This document shows, piece by piece, positions 26,401 through 39,500 of a stretch of DNA of 64,000 nucleotides (position 1 is its first letter; the number at the start of each line of letters is the position of its first letter). The translations under genes were made by a program, and so were the position numbers. Below the pieces are notes generated by a model that saw only the letters and a list, made by a program, of their open reading frames with translations, did no database searches and was not told the origin of the DNA. The stretch comes from Auanema rhodensis (lineage: Eukaryota; Animalia; Nematoda): the NCBI GenBank assembly GCA_964057225.1, contig OZ059897.1:20832001-20896000 (forward strand), given 5' to 3'.

Positions 26401-29400
26401 TGAAAATCGAGGATATAAGTGTGAACTTATATCAGTTGATATCTCGGTGCATTTTTAAGCTAGCGCAAATCTGATAACACAGATCGACGCAGCTTAAAAA
26501 TCCGCATCGAATGCACTATACTACATTGAGAAAAGCTTAATACAAAAATTAGTTATGATCGTTTGAAAAATGATGCATTAGTGTATGTTGAGTTTCCATG
26601 TACACTCAACATTGCTTCCAAAAACATTTTGACAAAAATTTTTTCGAAAAATTTCAAAATAATTTAGCAAAAAGTAGATGTTTTTAGATTCCATTTTTCA
26701 AGGCAAAGACGATGGACAATGTTATTCAACGAAAAAATTAATTCTTCAGGGTGAAAATCGAGGATATAAGTGTGAACTTATATCAGTTGATATCTCGGTG
26801 CATTTTTAAGCTAGCGCAAATCTGATAACACAGATCGACGCAGCTTAAAAATCCGCATCGAATGCACTATACTACATTGAGAAACGCTAAATACAAAAAT
26901 TAGTTATGATCGTTTGAAAAATGATGCATTAGTGTATGTTGAGTTTCCATGTACACTCAACATTGCTTCCAAAAACATTTTGACAAAAATTTTTTCGAAA
27001 AATTTCAAAATAATTTAGCGAAAAGTAGATGTTTTTAGATTCCTTTTTTCAAGGCAAAGACGATGGACAATGTTATTCAACGAAAAAATTATTTCTTCAG
27101 GGTGAAAATCGAGGATATAAGTGTGAACTTATATCAGTTGATATCTCGGTGCATTTTTAAGCTAGCGCAAATCTGATAACACAGATCGACGCAGCTTAAA
27201 AATCCGCATCGAATGCACTATACTACATTGAAAAACGCTTAATACAAAAATTAGTTATGATCGTTTGAAAAATGATGCATTAGTGTATGTTGAGTTTCCA
27301 TGTACACTCAACACTGCTTCCAAAAACATTTTGACAAAAATTTTTTCGAAAAATTTCAAAATAATTTAGCAAAAAGTAGATGTTTTTAGAATCCTTTTTT
27401 CAAGGCAAAGACGATGGACAATGTTATTCAACGAAAAAATTATTTCTTCAGGGTGAAAATCGAGGATATAAGTGTGAACTTATATCAGTTGATATCTCGG
27501 TGCATTTTTAAGCTAGCGCAAATCTGATAACACAGATCGACGCAGCTTAAAAATCCGCATCGAATGCACTATATTACATTGAAAAACGCTTAATACAAAA
27601 ATTAGTTATGATCGTTTGAAAAATGATGCATTAGTGTATGTTGAGTTTCCATGTACACTCAACATTGCTTCCAAAAACATTTTGACAAAAATTTTTTCGA
27701 AAAATTTCAAAATAATTTAGCAAAAAGTAGATGTTTTTAGATTCCTTTTTTCAAGGCAAAGACGATGGACAATGTTATTCAACGAGAAAATTAATTCTTC
27801 AGGGTGAAAATCGAGGATATAAGTGTGAACTTATATCAGTTGATATCTCGGTGCATTTTTAAGCTAGCGCAAATCTGATAACACAGATCGACGCAGCTTA
27901 AAAATCCGCATCGAATGCACTATACTACATTGAGAAAAGCTTAATACAAAAATTAGTTATGATCGTTTGAAAAATGATGCATTAGTGTATGTTGAGTTTC
28001 CATGTACACTCAACATTGCTTCCAAAAACATTTTGACAAAAATTTTTTCGAAAAATTTCAAAATAATTTAGCAAAAAGTAGATGTTTTTAGATTCCTTTT
28101 TTCAAGGCAAAGACGATGGACAATGTTATTCAACGAGAAAATTAATTCTTCAGGGTGAAAATCGAGGATATAAGTGTGAACTTATATCAGTTGATATCTC
28201 GGTGCATTTTTAAGCTAGCGCAAATCTGATAACACAGATCGACGCAGCTTAAAAATCCGCATCGAATGCACTATACTACATTGAGAAAAGCTTAATACAA
28301 AAATTAGTTATGATCGTTAGAAAAATGATGCATTAGTGTATGTTGAGTTTCCATGTACACTCAACATTGCTTCCAAAAACATTTTGACAAAAATTTTTTC
28401 GAAAAATTTCAAAATAATTTACCAAAAAGTAGATGTTTTTAGATTCCATTTTTCAAGGCAAAGACGATAGACAATGTTATTCAACGAAAAAGTTAATTCT
28501 TCAGGGTGAAAATCGAGGATATAAGTGTGAACTTATATCAGTTGATATCTCGGTGCATTTTTAAGCTAGCGCAAATCTGATAACACAGATCGACGCAGCT
28601 TAAAAATCCGCATCGAATGCACTATATTACATTGAAAAACGCTTAATACAAAAATTAGTTATGATCGTTTGAAAAATGATGCATTAGTGTATGTTGAGTT
28701 TCCATGTACACTCAACATTGCTTCCAAAAACATTTTGACAAAAATTTTTTCGGAAAATTTCAAAATAATTGAGCAAAAAGTAAATGTTTTTAAATTCCTT
28801 TTTTCAAGGCAAAGACGATGGACAATGTTATTCAACGAAAAAATTAATTCTTCAGGGTTAAAATCGAGGATATAAGTGTGAACTTATATCAGTTGATATC
28901 TCGGTGCATTTTTAAGCTAGCGCAAATCTGATAACACAGATCGACGCAGCTTAAAAATCCGCATCGAATGCACTATATTACATTGAGAAACACTTGATAC
29001 AAAAATTAGTTATGATCGTTTGAAAAATGATGCATTAGTGTATGTTGAGTTTCCATGTACACTCAACATTGCTTCCAAAAACATTTTGACAAAAATTTTT
29101 TCGAAAAATTTCAAAATAATTTAGCAAATGTAGATGTTTTAAGATTCCATTTTTCAAGGCAAAGACGATGGACAATGTTATTCAACGAAAAAATTAATTC
29201 TTCAGGGTGAAAATCGAGGATATAAGTGTGAACTTATATCAGTTGATATCTCGGTGCATTTTTAAGCTAGCGCAAATCTGATAACACAGATCGACGCAGC
29301 TTAAAAATCCGCATCGAATGCACTATACTACATTGAGAAAAGCTTAATACAAAAATTAGTTATGATCGTTTGAAAAATGATGCATTAGTGTATGTTGAGT

Positions 29401-31429
29401 TTCCATGTACACTCAACATTGCTTCCAAAAACATTTTGACAAAAATTTTTTCGAAAAATTTCAAAATAATTTAGCAAAAAGTAGATGTTTTTAGATTCCA
29501 TTTTTCAAGGCAAAGACGATGGACAATGTTATTCAACGAAAAAATTAATTCTTCAGGGTGAAAATCGAGGATATAAGTGTGAACTTATATCAGTTGATAT
29601 CTCGGTGCATTTTTAAGCTAGCGCAAATCTGATAACACAGATCGACGCAGCTTAAAAATCCGCATCGAATGCACTATACTACATTGAAAAACGCTTGATA
29701 CAAAAATTAGTTATGATCGTTTGAAAAATGATGCATTAGTGTATGTTGAGTTTCCATGTACACTCAACACTGCTTCCAAAAACATTTTGACAAAAATTTT
29801 TTCGAAAAATTTCAAAATAATTTAGCAAAAAGTAGATGTTTTTAGAATCCTTTTTTCAAGGCAAAGACGATGGACAATGTTATTCAACGAAAAAATTATT
29901 TCTTCAGGGTGAAAATCGAGGATATAAGTGTGAACTTATATCAGTTGATATCTCGGTGCATTTTTAAGCTAGCGCAAATCTGATAACACAGATCGACGCA
30001 GCTTAAAAATCCGCATCGAATGCACTATATTACATTGAAAAACGCTTAATACAAAAATTAGTTATGATCGTTTGAAAAATGATGCATTAGTGTATGTTGA
30101 GTTTCCATGTACACTCAACATTGCTTCCAAAAACATTTTGACAAAAATTTTTTCGAAAAATTTCAAAATAATTTAGCAAAAAGTAGATGTTTTTAGATTC
30201 CTTTTTTCAAGGCAAAGACGATGGACAATGTTATTCAACGAGAAAATTAATTCTTCAGGGTGAAAATCGAGGATATAAGTGTGAACTTATATCAGTTGAT
30301 ATCTCGGTGCATTTTTAAGCTAGCGCAAATCTGATAACACAGATCGACGCAGCTTAAAAATCCGCATCGAATGCACTATACTACATTGAGAAAAGCTTAA
30401 TACAAAAATTAGTTATGATCGTTAGAAAAATGATGCATTAGTGTATGTTGAGTTTCCATGTACACTCAACATTGCTTCCAAAAACATTTTGACAAAAATT
30501 TTTTCGAAAAATTTCAAAATAATTTACCAAAAAGTAGATGTTTTTAGATTCCATTTTTCAAGGCAAAGACGATAGACAATGTTATTCAACGAAAAAGTTA
30601 ATTCTTCAGGGTGAAAATCGAGGATATAAGTGTGAACTTATATCAGTTGATATCTCGGTGCATTTTTAAGCTAGCGCAAATCTGATAACACAGATCGACG
30701 CAGCTTAAAAATCCGCATCGAATGCACTATATTACATTGAAAAACGCTTAATACAAAAATTAGTTATGATCGTTTGAAAAATGATGCATTAGTGTATGTT
30801 GAGTTTCCATGTACACTCAACATTGCTTCCAAAAACATTTTGACAAAAATTTTTTCGAAAAATTTCAAAATAATTTACCAAAAAGTAGATGTTTTTAGAT
30901 TCCTTTTTTCAAGGCAAAGACGATGGACAATGTTATTCAACGAGAAAATTAATTCTTCAGGGTGAAAATCGAGGATATAAGTGTGAACTTATATCAGTTG
31001 ATATCTCGGTGCATTTTTAAGCTAGCGCAAATCTGATAACACAGATCGACGCAGCTTAAAAATCCGCATCGAATGCACTATACTACATTGAGAAAAGCTT
31101 AATACAAAAATTAGTTATGATCGTTAGAAAAATGATGCATTAGTGTATGTTGAGTTTCCATGTACACTCAACATTGCTTCCAAAAACATTTTGACAAAAA
31201 TTTTTTCGAAAAATTTCAAAATAATTTACCAAAAAGTAGATGTTTTTAGATTCCATTTTTCAAGGCAAAGACGATAGACAATGTTATTCAACGAAAAAGT
31301 TAATTCTTCAGGGTGAAAATCGAGGATATAAGTGTGAACTTATATCAGTTGATATCTCGGTGCATTTTTAAGCTAGCGCAAATCTGATAACACAGATCGA
31401 CGCAGCTTAAAAATCCGCATCGAATGCAC

Positions 31430-33530
31430 TATATTACATTGAAAAACGCTTAATACAAAAATTAGTTATGATCGTTTGAAAAATGATGCATTAGTGTATG
31501 TTGAGTTTCCATGTACACTCAACATTGCTTCCAAAAACATTTTGACAAAAATTTTTTCGGAAAATTTCAAAATAATTTAGCAAATGTAGATGTTTTAAGA
31601 TTCCATTTTTCAAGGCAAAGACGATGGACAATGTTATTCAACGAAAAAATTAATTCTTCAGGGTGAAAATCGAGGATATAAGTGTGAACTTATATCAGTT
31701 GATATCTCGGTGCATTTTTAAGCTAGCGCAAATCTGATAACACAGATCGACGCAGCTTAAAAATCCGCATCGAATGCACTATATTACATTGAGAAACACT
31801 TGATACAAAAATTAGTTATGATCGTTTGAAAAATGATGCATTAGTGTATGTTGAGTTTCCATGTACACTCAACATTGCTTCCAAAAACATTTTGACAAAA
31901 ATTTTTTCGAAAAATTTCAAAATAATTTAGCAAATGTAGATGTTTTAAGATTCCATTTTTCAAGGCAAAGACGATGGACAATGTTATTCAACGAAAAAAT
32001 TAATTCTTCAGGGTGAAAATCGAGGATATAAGTGTGAACTTATATCAGTTGATATCTCGGTGCATTTTTAAGCTAGCGCAAATCTGATAACACAGATCGA
32101 CGCAGCTTAAAAATCCGCATCGAATGCACTATACTACATTGAGAAAAGCTTAATACAAAAATTAGTTATGATCGTTTGAAAAATGATGCATTAGTGTATG
32201 TTGAGTTTCCATGTACACTCAACATTGCTTCCAAAAACATTTTGACAAAAATTTTTTCGAAAAATTTCAAAATAATTTAGCAAATGTAGATGTTTTAAGA
32301 TTCCATTTTTCAAGGCAAAGACGATGGACAATGTTATTCAACGAAAAAATTAATTCTTCAGGGTGAAAATCGAGGATATAAGTGTGAACTTATATCAGTT
32401 GATATCTCGGTGCATTTTTAAGCTAGCGCAAATCTGATAACACAGATCGACGCAGCTTAAAAATCCGCATCGAATGCACTATATTACATTGAAAAACGCT
32501 TAATACAAAAATTAGTTATGATCGTTTGAAAAATGATGCATTAGTGTATGTTGAGTTTCCATGTACACTCAACATTGCTTCCAAAAACATTTTGACAAAA
32601 ATTTTTTCGGAAAATTTCAAAATAATTTAGCAAATGTAGATGTTTTAAGATTCCATTTTTCAAGGCAAAGACGATGGACAATGTTATTCAACGAAAAAAT
32701 TAATTCTTCAGGGTGAAAATCGAGGATATAAGTGTGAACTTATATCAGTTGATATCTCGGTGCATTTTTAAGCTAGCGCAAATCTGATAACACAGATCGA
32801 CGCAGCTTAAAAATCCGCATCGAATGCACTATATTACATTGAGAAACACTTGATACAAAAATTAGTTATGATCGTTTGAAAAATGATGCATTAGTGTATG
32901 TTGAGTTTCCATGTACACTCAACATTGCTTCCAAAAACATTTTGACAAAAATTTTTTCGAAAAATTTCAAAATAATTTAGCAAATGTAGATGTTTTAAGA
33001 TTCCATTTTTCAAGGCAAAGACGATGGACAATGTTATTCAACGAAAAAATTAATTCTTCAGGGTGAAAATCGAGGATATAAGTGTGAACTTATATCAGTT
33101 GATATCTCGGTGCATTTTTAAGCTAGCGCAAATCTGATAACACAGATCGACGCAGCTTAAAAATCCGCATCGAATGCACTATACTACATTGAGAAAAGCT
33201 TAATACAAAAATTAGTTATGATCGTTTGAAAAATGATGCATTAGTGTATGTTGAGTTTCCATGTACACTCAACATTGCTTCCAAAAACATTTTGACAAAA
33301 ATTTTTTCGAAAAATTTCAAAATAATTTAGCAAATGTAGATGTTTTAAGATTCCATTTTTCAAGGCAAAGACGATGGACAATGTTATTCAACGAAAAAAT
33401 TAATTCTTCAGGGTGAAAATCGAGGATATAAGTGTGAACTTATATCAGTTGATATCTCGGTGCATTTTTAAGCTAGCGCAAATCTGATAACACAGATCGA
33501 CGCAGCTTAAAAATCCGCATCGAATGCACT
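31430..33530 (+). repeat. Six consecutive 350-bp deletion-type monomers arranged as a 3-mer x2 (1050-bp period)
   Basis: GCAAATGTAG...TTTTAAG at about 31585, 31935, 32285, 32635, 32985 and 33335. TCGG at 31560/32610. GAGAAACACTTGA at 31791/32841. Confidence 0.92.
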
Positions 33531-36500
33531 ATACTACATTGAGAAAAGCTTAATACAAAAATTAGTTATGATCGTTTGAAAAATGATGCATTAGTGTATG
33601 TTGAGTTTCCATGTACACTCAACATTGCTTCCAAAAACATTTTGACAAAAATTTTTTCGAAAAATTTCAAAATAATTTAGCAAAAAGTAGATGTTTTTAG
33701 ATTCCATTTTTCAAGGCAAAGACGATGGACAATGTTATTCAACGAAAAAATTAATTCTTCAGGGTGAAAATCGAGGATATAAGTGTGAACTTATATCAGT
33801 TGATATCTCGGTGCATTTTTAAGCTAGCGCAAATCTGATAACACAGATCGACGCAGCTTAAAAATCCGCATCGAATGCACTATACTACATTGAAAAACGC
33901 TTGATACAAAAATTAGTTATGATCGTTTGAAAAATGATGCATTAGTGTATGTTGAGTTTCCATGTACACTCAACACTGCTTCCAAAAACATTTTGACAAA
34001 AATTTTTTCGAAAAATTTCAAAATAATTTAGCAAAAAGTAGATGTTTTTAGAATCCTTTTTTCAAGGCAAAGACGATGGACAATGTTATTCAACGAAAAA
34101 ATTATTTCTTCAGGGTGAAAATCGAGGATATAAGTGTGAACTTATATCAGTTGATATCTCGGTGCATTTTTAAGCTAGCGCAAATCTGATAACACAGATC
34201 GACGCAGCTTAAAAATCCGCATCGAATGCACTATATTACATTGAAAAACGCTTAATACAAAAATTAGTTATGATCGTTTGAAAAATGATGCATTAGTGTA
34301 TGTTGAGTTTCCATGTACACTCAACATTGCTTCCAAAAACATTTTGACAAAAATTTTTTCGAAAAATTTCAAAATAATTTAGCAAAAAGTAGATGTTTTT
34401 AGATTCCTTTTTTCAAGGCAAAGACGATGGACAATGTTATTCAACGAGAAAATTAATTCTTCAGGGTGAAAATCGAGGATATAAGTGTGAACTTATATCA
34501 GTTGATATCTCGGTGCATTTTTAAGCTAGCGCAAATCTGATAACACAGATCGACGCAGCTTAAAAATCCGCATCGAATGCACTATACTTCATTGAGAAAA
34601 GCTTAATACAAAAATTAGTTATGATCGTTAGAAAAATGATGCATTAGTGTATGTTGAGTTTCCATGTACACTCAACATTGCTTCCAAAAACATTTTGACA
34701 AAAATTTTTTCGAAAAATTTCAAAATAATTTACCAAAAAGTAGATGTTTTTAGATTCCATTTTTCAAGGCAAAGACGATAGACAATGTTATTCAACGAAA
34801 AAGTTAATTCTTCAGGGTGAAAATCGAGGATATAAGTGTGAACTTATATCAGTTGATATCTCGGTGCATTTTTAAGCTAGCGCAAATCTGATAACACAGA
34901 TCGACGCAGCTTAAAAATCCGCATCGAATGCACTATATTACATTGAAAAACGCTTAATACAAAAATTAGTTATGATCGTTAGAAAAATGATGCATTAGTG
35001 TATGTTGAGTTTCCATGTACACTCAACATTGCTTCCAAAAACATTTTGACAAAAATTTTTTCGAAAAATTTCAAAATAATTTACCAAAAAGTAGATGTTT
35101 TTAGATTCCATTTTTCAAGGCAAAGACGATAGACAATGTTATTCAACGAAAAAGTTAATTCTTCAGGGTGAAAATCGAGGATATAAGTGTGAACTTATAT
35201 CAGTTGATATCTCGGTGCATTTTTAAGCTAGCGCAAATCTGATAACACAGATCGACGCAGCTTAAAAATCCGCATCGAATGCACTATACTACATTGAGAA
35301 AAGCTTAATACAAAAATTAGTTATGATCGTTAGAAAAATGATGCATTAGTGTATGTTGAGTTTCCATGTACACTCAACATTGCTTCCAAAAACATTTTGA
35401 CAAAAATTTTTTCGAAAAATTTCAAAATAATTTACCAAAAAGTAGATGTTTTTAGATTCCATTTTTCAAGGCAAAGACGATAGACAATGTTATTCAACGA
35501 AAAAGTTAATTCTTCAGGGTGAAAATCGAGGATATAAGTGTGAACTTATATCAGTTGATATCTCGGTGCATTTTTAAGCTAGCGCAAATCTGATAACACA
35601 GATCGACGCAGCTTAAAAATCCGCATCGAATGCACTATATTACATTGAAAAACGCTTAATACAAAAATTAGTTATGATCGTTTGAAAAATGATGCATTAG
35701 TGTATGTTGAGTTTCCATGTACACTCAACATTGCTTCCAAAAACATTTTGACAAAAATTTTTTCGGAAAATTTCAAAATAATTTAGCAAAAAGTAAATGT
35801 TTTTAAATTCTTTTTTTCAAGGCAAAGACGATGGACAATGTTATTCAACGAAAAAATTAATTCTTCAGGGTTAAAATCGAGGATATAAGTGTGAACTTAT
35901 ATCAGTTGATATCTCGGTGCATTTTTAAGCTAGCGCAAATCTGATAACACAGATCGACGCAGCTTAAAAATCCGCATCGAATGCACTATATTACATTGAG
36001 AAACACTTGATACAAAAATTAGTTATGATCGTTTGAAAAATGATGCATTAGTGTATGTTGAGTTTCCATGTACACTCAACATTGCTTCCAAAAACATTTT
36101 GACAAAAATTTTTTCGAAAAATTTCAAAATAATTTAGCAAATGTAGATGTTTTAAGATTCCATTTTTCAAGGCAAAGACGATGGACAATGTTATTCAACG
36201 AAAAAATTAATTCTTCAGGGTGAAAATCGAGGATATAAGTGTGAACTTATATCAGTTGATATCTCGGTGCATTTTTAAGCTAGCGCAAATCTGATAACAC
36301 AGATCGACGCAGCTTAAAAATCCGCATCGAATGCACTATACTACATTGAGAAAAGCTTAATACAAAAATTAGTTATGATCGTTTGAAAAATGATGCATTA
36401 GTGTATGTTGAGTTTCCATGTACACTCAACATTGCTTCCAAAAACATTTTGACAAAAATTTTTTCGAAAAATTTCAAAATAATTTAGCAAAAAGTAGATG

Positions 36501-39500
36501 TTTTTTGATTCCATTTTTCAAGGCAAAGACGATGGACAATGTTATTCAACGAAAAAATTAATTCTTCAGGGTGAAAATCGAGGATATAAGTGTGAACTTA
36601 TATCAGTTGATATCTCGGTGCATTTTTAAGCTAGCGCAAATCTGATAACACAGATCGACGCAGCTTAAAAATCCGCATCGAATGCACTATACTACATTGA
36701 AAAACGCTTGATACAAAAATTAGTTATGATCGTTTGAAAAATGATGCATTAGTGTATGTTGAGTTTCCATGTACACTCAACATTGCTTCCAAAAACATTT
36801 TGACAAAAATTTTTTCGAAAAATTTCAGAATAATTTAGCGAAAAGTAGATGTTTTTAGATTCCTTTTTTCAAGGCAAAGACGATGGACAATGTTATTCAA
36901 CGAAAAAATTATTTCTTCAGGGTGAAAATCAAGGATATAAGTGTGAACTTATATCAGTTGATATCTCGGTGCATTTTTAAGCTAGCGCAAATCTGATAAC
37001 ACAGATCGACGCAGCTTAAAAATCCGCATCGAATGCACTATATTACATTGAAAAACGCTTAATACAAAAATTAGTTATGATCGTTTGAAAAATGATGCAT
37101 TAGTGTATGTTGAGTTTCCATGTACACTCAACATTGCTTCCAAAAACATTTTGACAAAAATTTTTTCGGAAAATTTCAAAATAATTTAGCAAAAAGTAAA
37201 TGTTTTTAAATTCCTTTTTTCAAGGCAAAGACGATGGACAATGTTATTCAACGAAAAAATTAATTCTTCAGGGTTAAAATCGAGGATATAAGTGTGAACT
37301 TATATCAGTTGATATCTCGGTGCATTTTTAAGCTAGCGCAAATCTGATAACACAGATCGACGCAGCTTAAAAATCCGCATCGAATGCACTATATTACATT
37401 GAGAAACACTTGATACAAAAATTAGTTATGATCGTTTGAAAAATGATGCATTAGTGTATGTTGAGTTTCCATGTACACTCAACATTGCTTCCAAAAACAT
37501 TTTGACAAAAATTTTTTCGAAAAATTTCAAAATAATTTAGCAAAAAGTAGATGTTTTAAGATTCCATTTTTCAAGGCAAAGACGATGGACAATGTTATTC
37601 AACGAAAAAATCAATTCTTCAGGGTGAAAATCGAGGATATAAGTGTGAACTTATATCAGTTGATATCTCGGTGCATTTTTAAGCTAGCGCAAATCTGATA
37701 ACACAGATCGACGCAGCTTAAAAATCCGCATCGAATGCACTATACTACATTGAGAAAAGCTTAATACAAAAATTAGTTATGATCGTTTGAAAAATGATGC
37801 ATTAGTGTATGTTGAGTTTCCATGTACACTCAACATTGCTTCCAAAAACATTTTGACAAAAATTTTTTCGAAAAATTTCAAAATAATTTAGCAAAAAGTA
37901 GATGTTTTTAGATTCCATTTTTCAAGGCAAAGACGATGGACAATGTTATTCAACGAAAAAATTAATTCTTCAGGGTGAAAATCGAGGATATAAGTGTGAA
38001 CTTATATCAGTTGATATCTCGGTGCATTTTTAAGCTAGCGCAAATCTGATAACACAGATCGACGCAGCTTAAAAATCCGCATCGAATGCACTATACTACA
38101 TTGAAAAACGCTTAATACAAAAATTAGTTATGATCGTTTGAAAAATGATGCATTAGTGTATGTTGAGTTTCCATGTACACTCAACATTGCTTCCAAAAAC
38201 ATTTTGACAAAAATTTTTTCGTAAAATTTCAAAATAATTTAGCGAAAAGTAGATGTTTTTAGATTCGATTTTTCAAGGCAAAGACGATGGACAATGTTAT
38301 TCAACGAAAAAATTAATTCTTCAGGGTGAAAATCGAGGATATAAGTGTGAACTTATATCAGTTGATATCTCGGTGCATTTTTAAGCTAGCGCAAATCTGA
38401 TAACACAGATGGACGCAGCTTAAAAATCCGCATCGAATGCACTATATTACATTGAAAAACGCTTAATACAAAAATTAGTTATGATCGTTTGAAAAATGAT
38501 GCATTAGTGTATGTTGAGTTTCCATGTACACTCAACATTGCTTCCAAAAACATTTTGACAAAAATTTTTTCGGAAAATTTCAAAATAATTTAGCAAAAAG
38601 TAAATGTTTTTAAATTCCTTTTTTCAAGGCAAAGACGATGGACAATGTTATTCAACGAAAAAATTAATTCTTCAGGGTTAAAATCGAGGATATAAGTGTG
38701 AACTTATATCAGTTGATATCTCGGTGCATTTTTAAGCTAGCGCAAATCTGATAACACAGATCGACGCAGCTTAAAAATCCGCATTGAATGCACTATATTA
38801 CATTGAGAAACACTTGATACAAAAATTAGTTATGATCGTTTGAAAAATGATGCATTAGTGTATGTTGAGTTTCCATGTACACTCAACATTGCTTCCAAAA
38901 ACATTTTGACAAAAATTTTTTCGAAAAATTTCAAAATAATTTAGCAAAAAGTAGATGTTTTAAGATTCCATTTTTCAAGGCAAAGACGATGGACAATGTT
39001 ATTCAACGAAAAAATTAATTCTTCAGGGTGAAAATCGAAGATATAAGTGTGAACTTATATCAGTTGATATCTCGGTGCATTTTTAAGCTAGCGCAAATCT
39101 GATAACACAGATCGACGCAGCTTAAAAATCCGCATCGAATGCACTATACTACATTGAAAAAAGCTTAATACAAAAATTAGTTATGATCGTTTGAAAAATG
39201 ATGCATTAGTGTATGTTGAGTTTCCATGTACACTCAACATTGCTTCCAAAAACATTTTGACAAAAATTTTTTCGAAAAATTTCAAAATAATTTAGCAAAA
39301 AGTAGATGTTTTTAGATTCCATTTTTTAAGGCAAAGACGATGGACAATGTTATTCAACGAAAAAATTAATTCTTCAGGGTGAAAATCGAGGATATAAGTG
39401 TGAACTTATATCAGTTGATATCTCGGTGCATTTTTAAGCTAGCGCAAATCTGATAACACAGATCGACGCAGCTTAAAAATCCGCATCGAATGCACTATAC

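Noticed and set aside
28669-28875. 68-aa ORF (TTG start)
   Set aside because: It is open only because of a singleton TAG>GAG at 28771 plus the TGA>TTA variant. The same frame is stopped in the other monomers and resembles no protein family I recognise.
30774-30965. 63-aa ORF
   Set aside because: It arises from one chimeric monomer (TAG>TAC without the usually linked TGG>TAG). It is a chance product of satellite variation.
37471-37698. 75-aa ORF
   Set aside because: It is created by the TTTTAAG variant and a singleton TAA>CAA at 37612 in one monomer, and is not conserved across copies.
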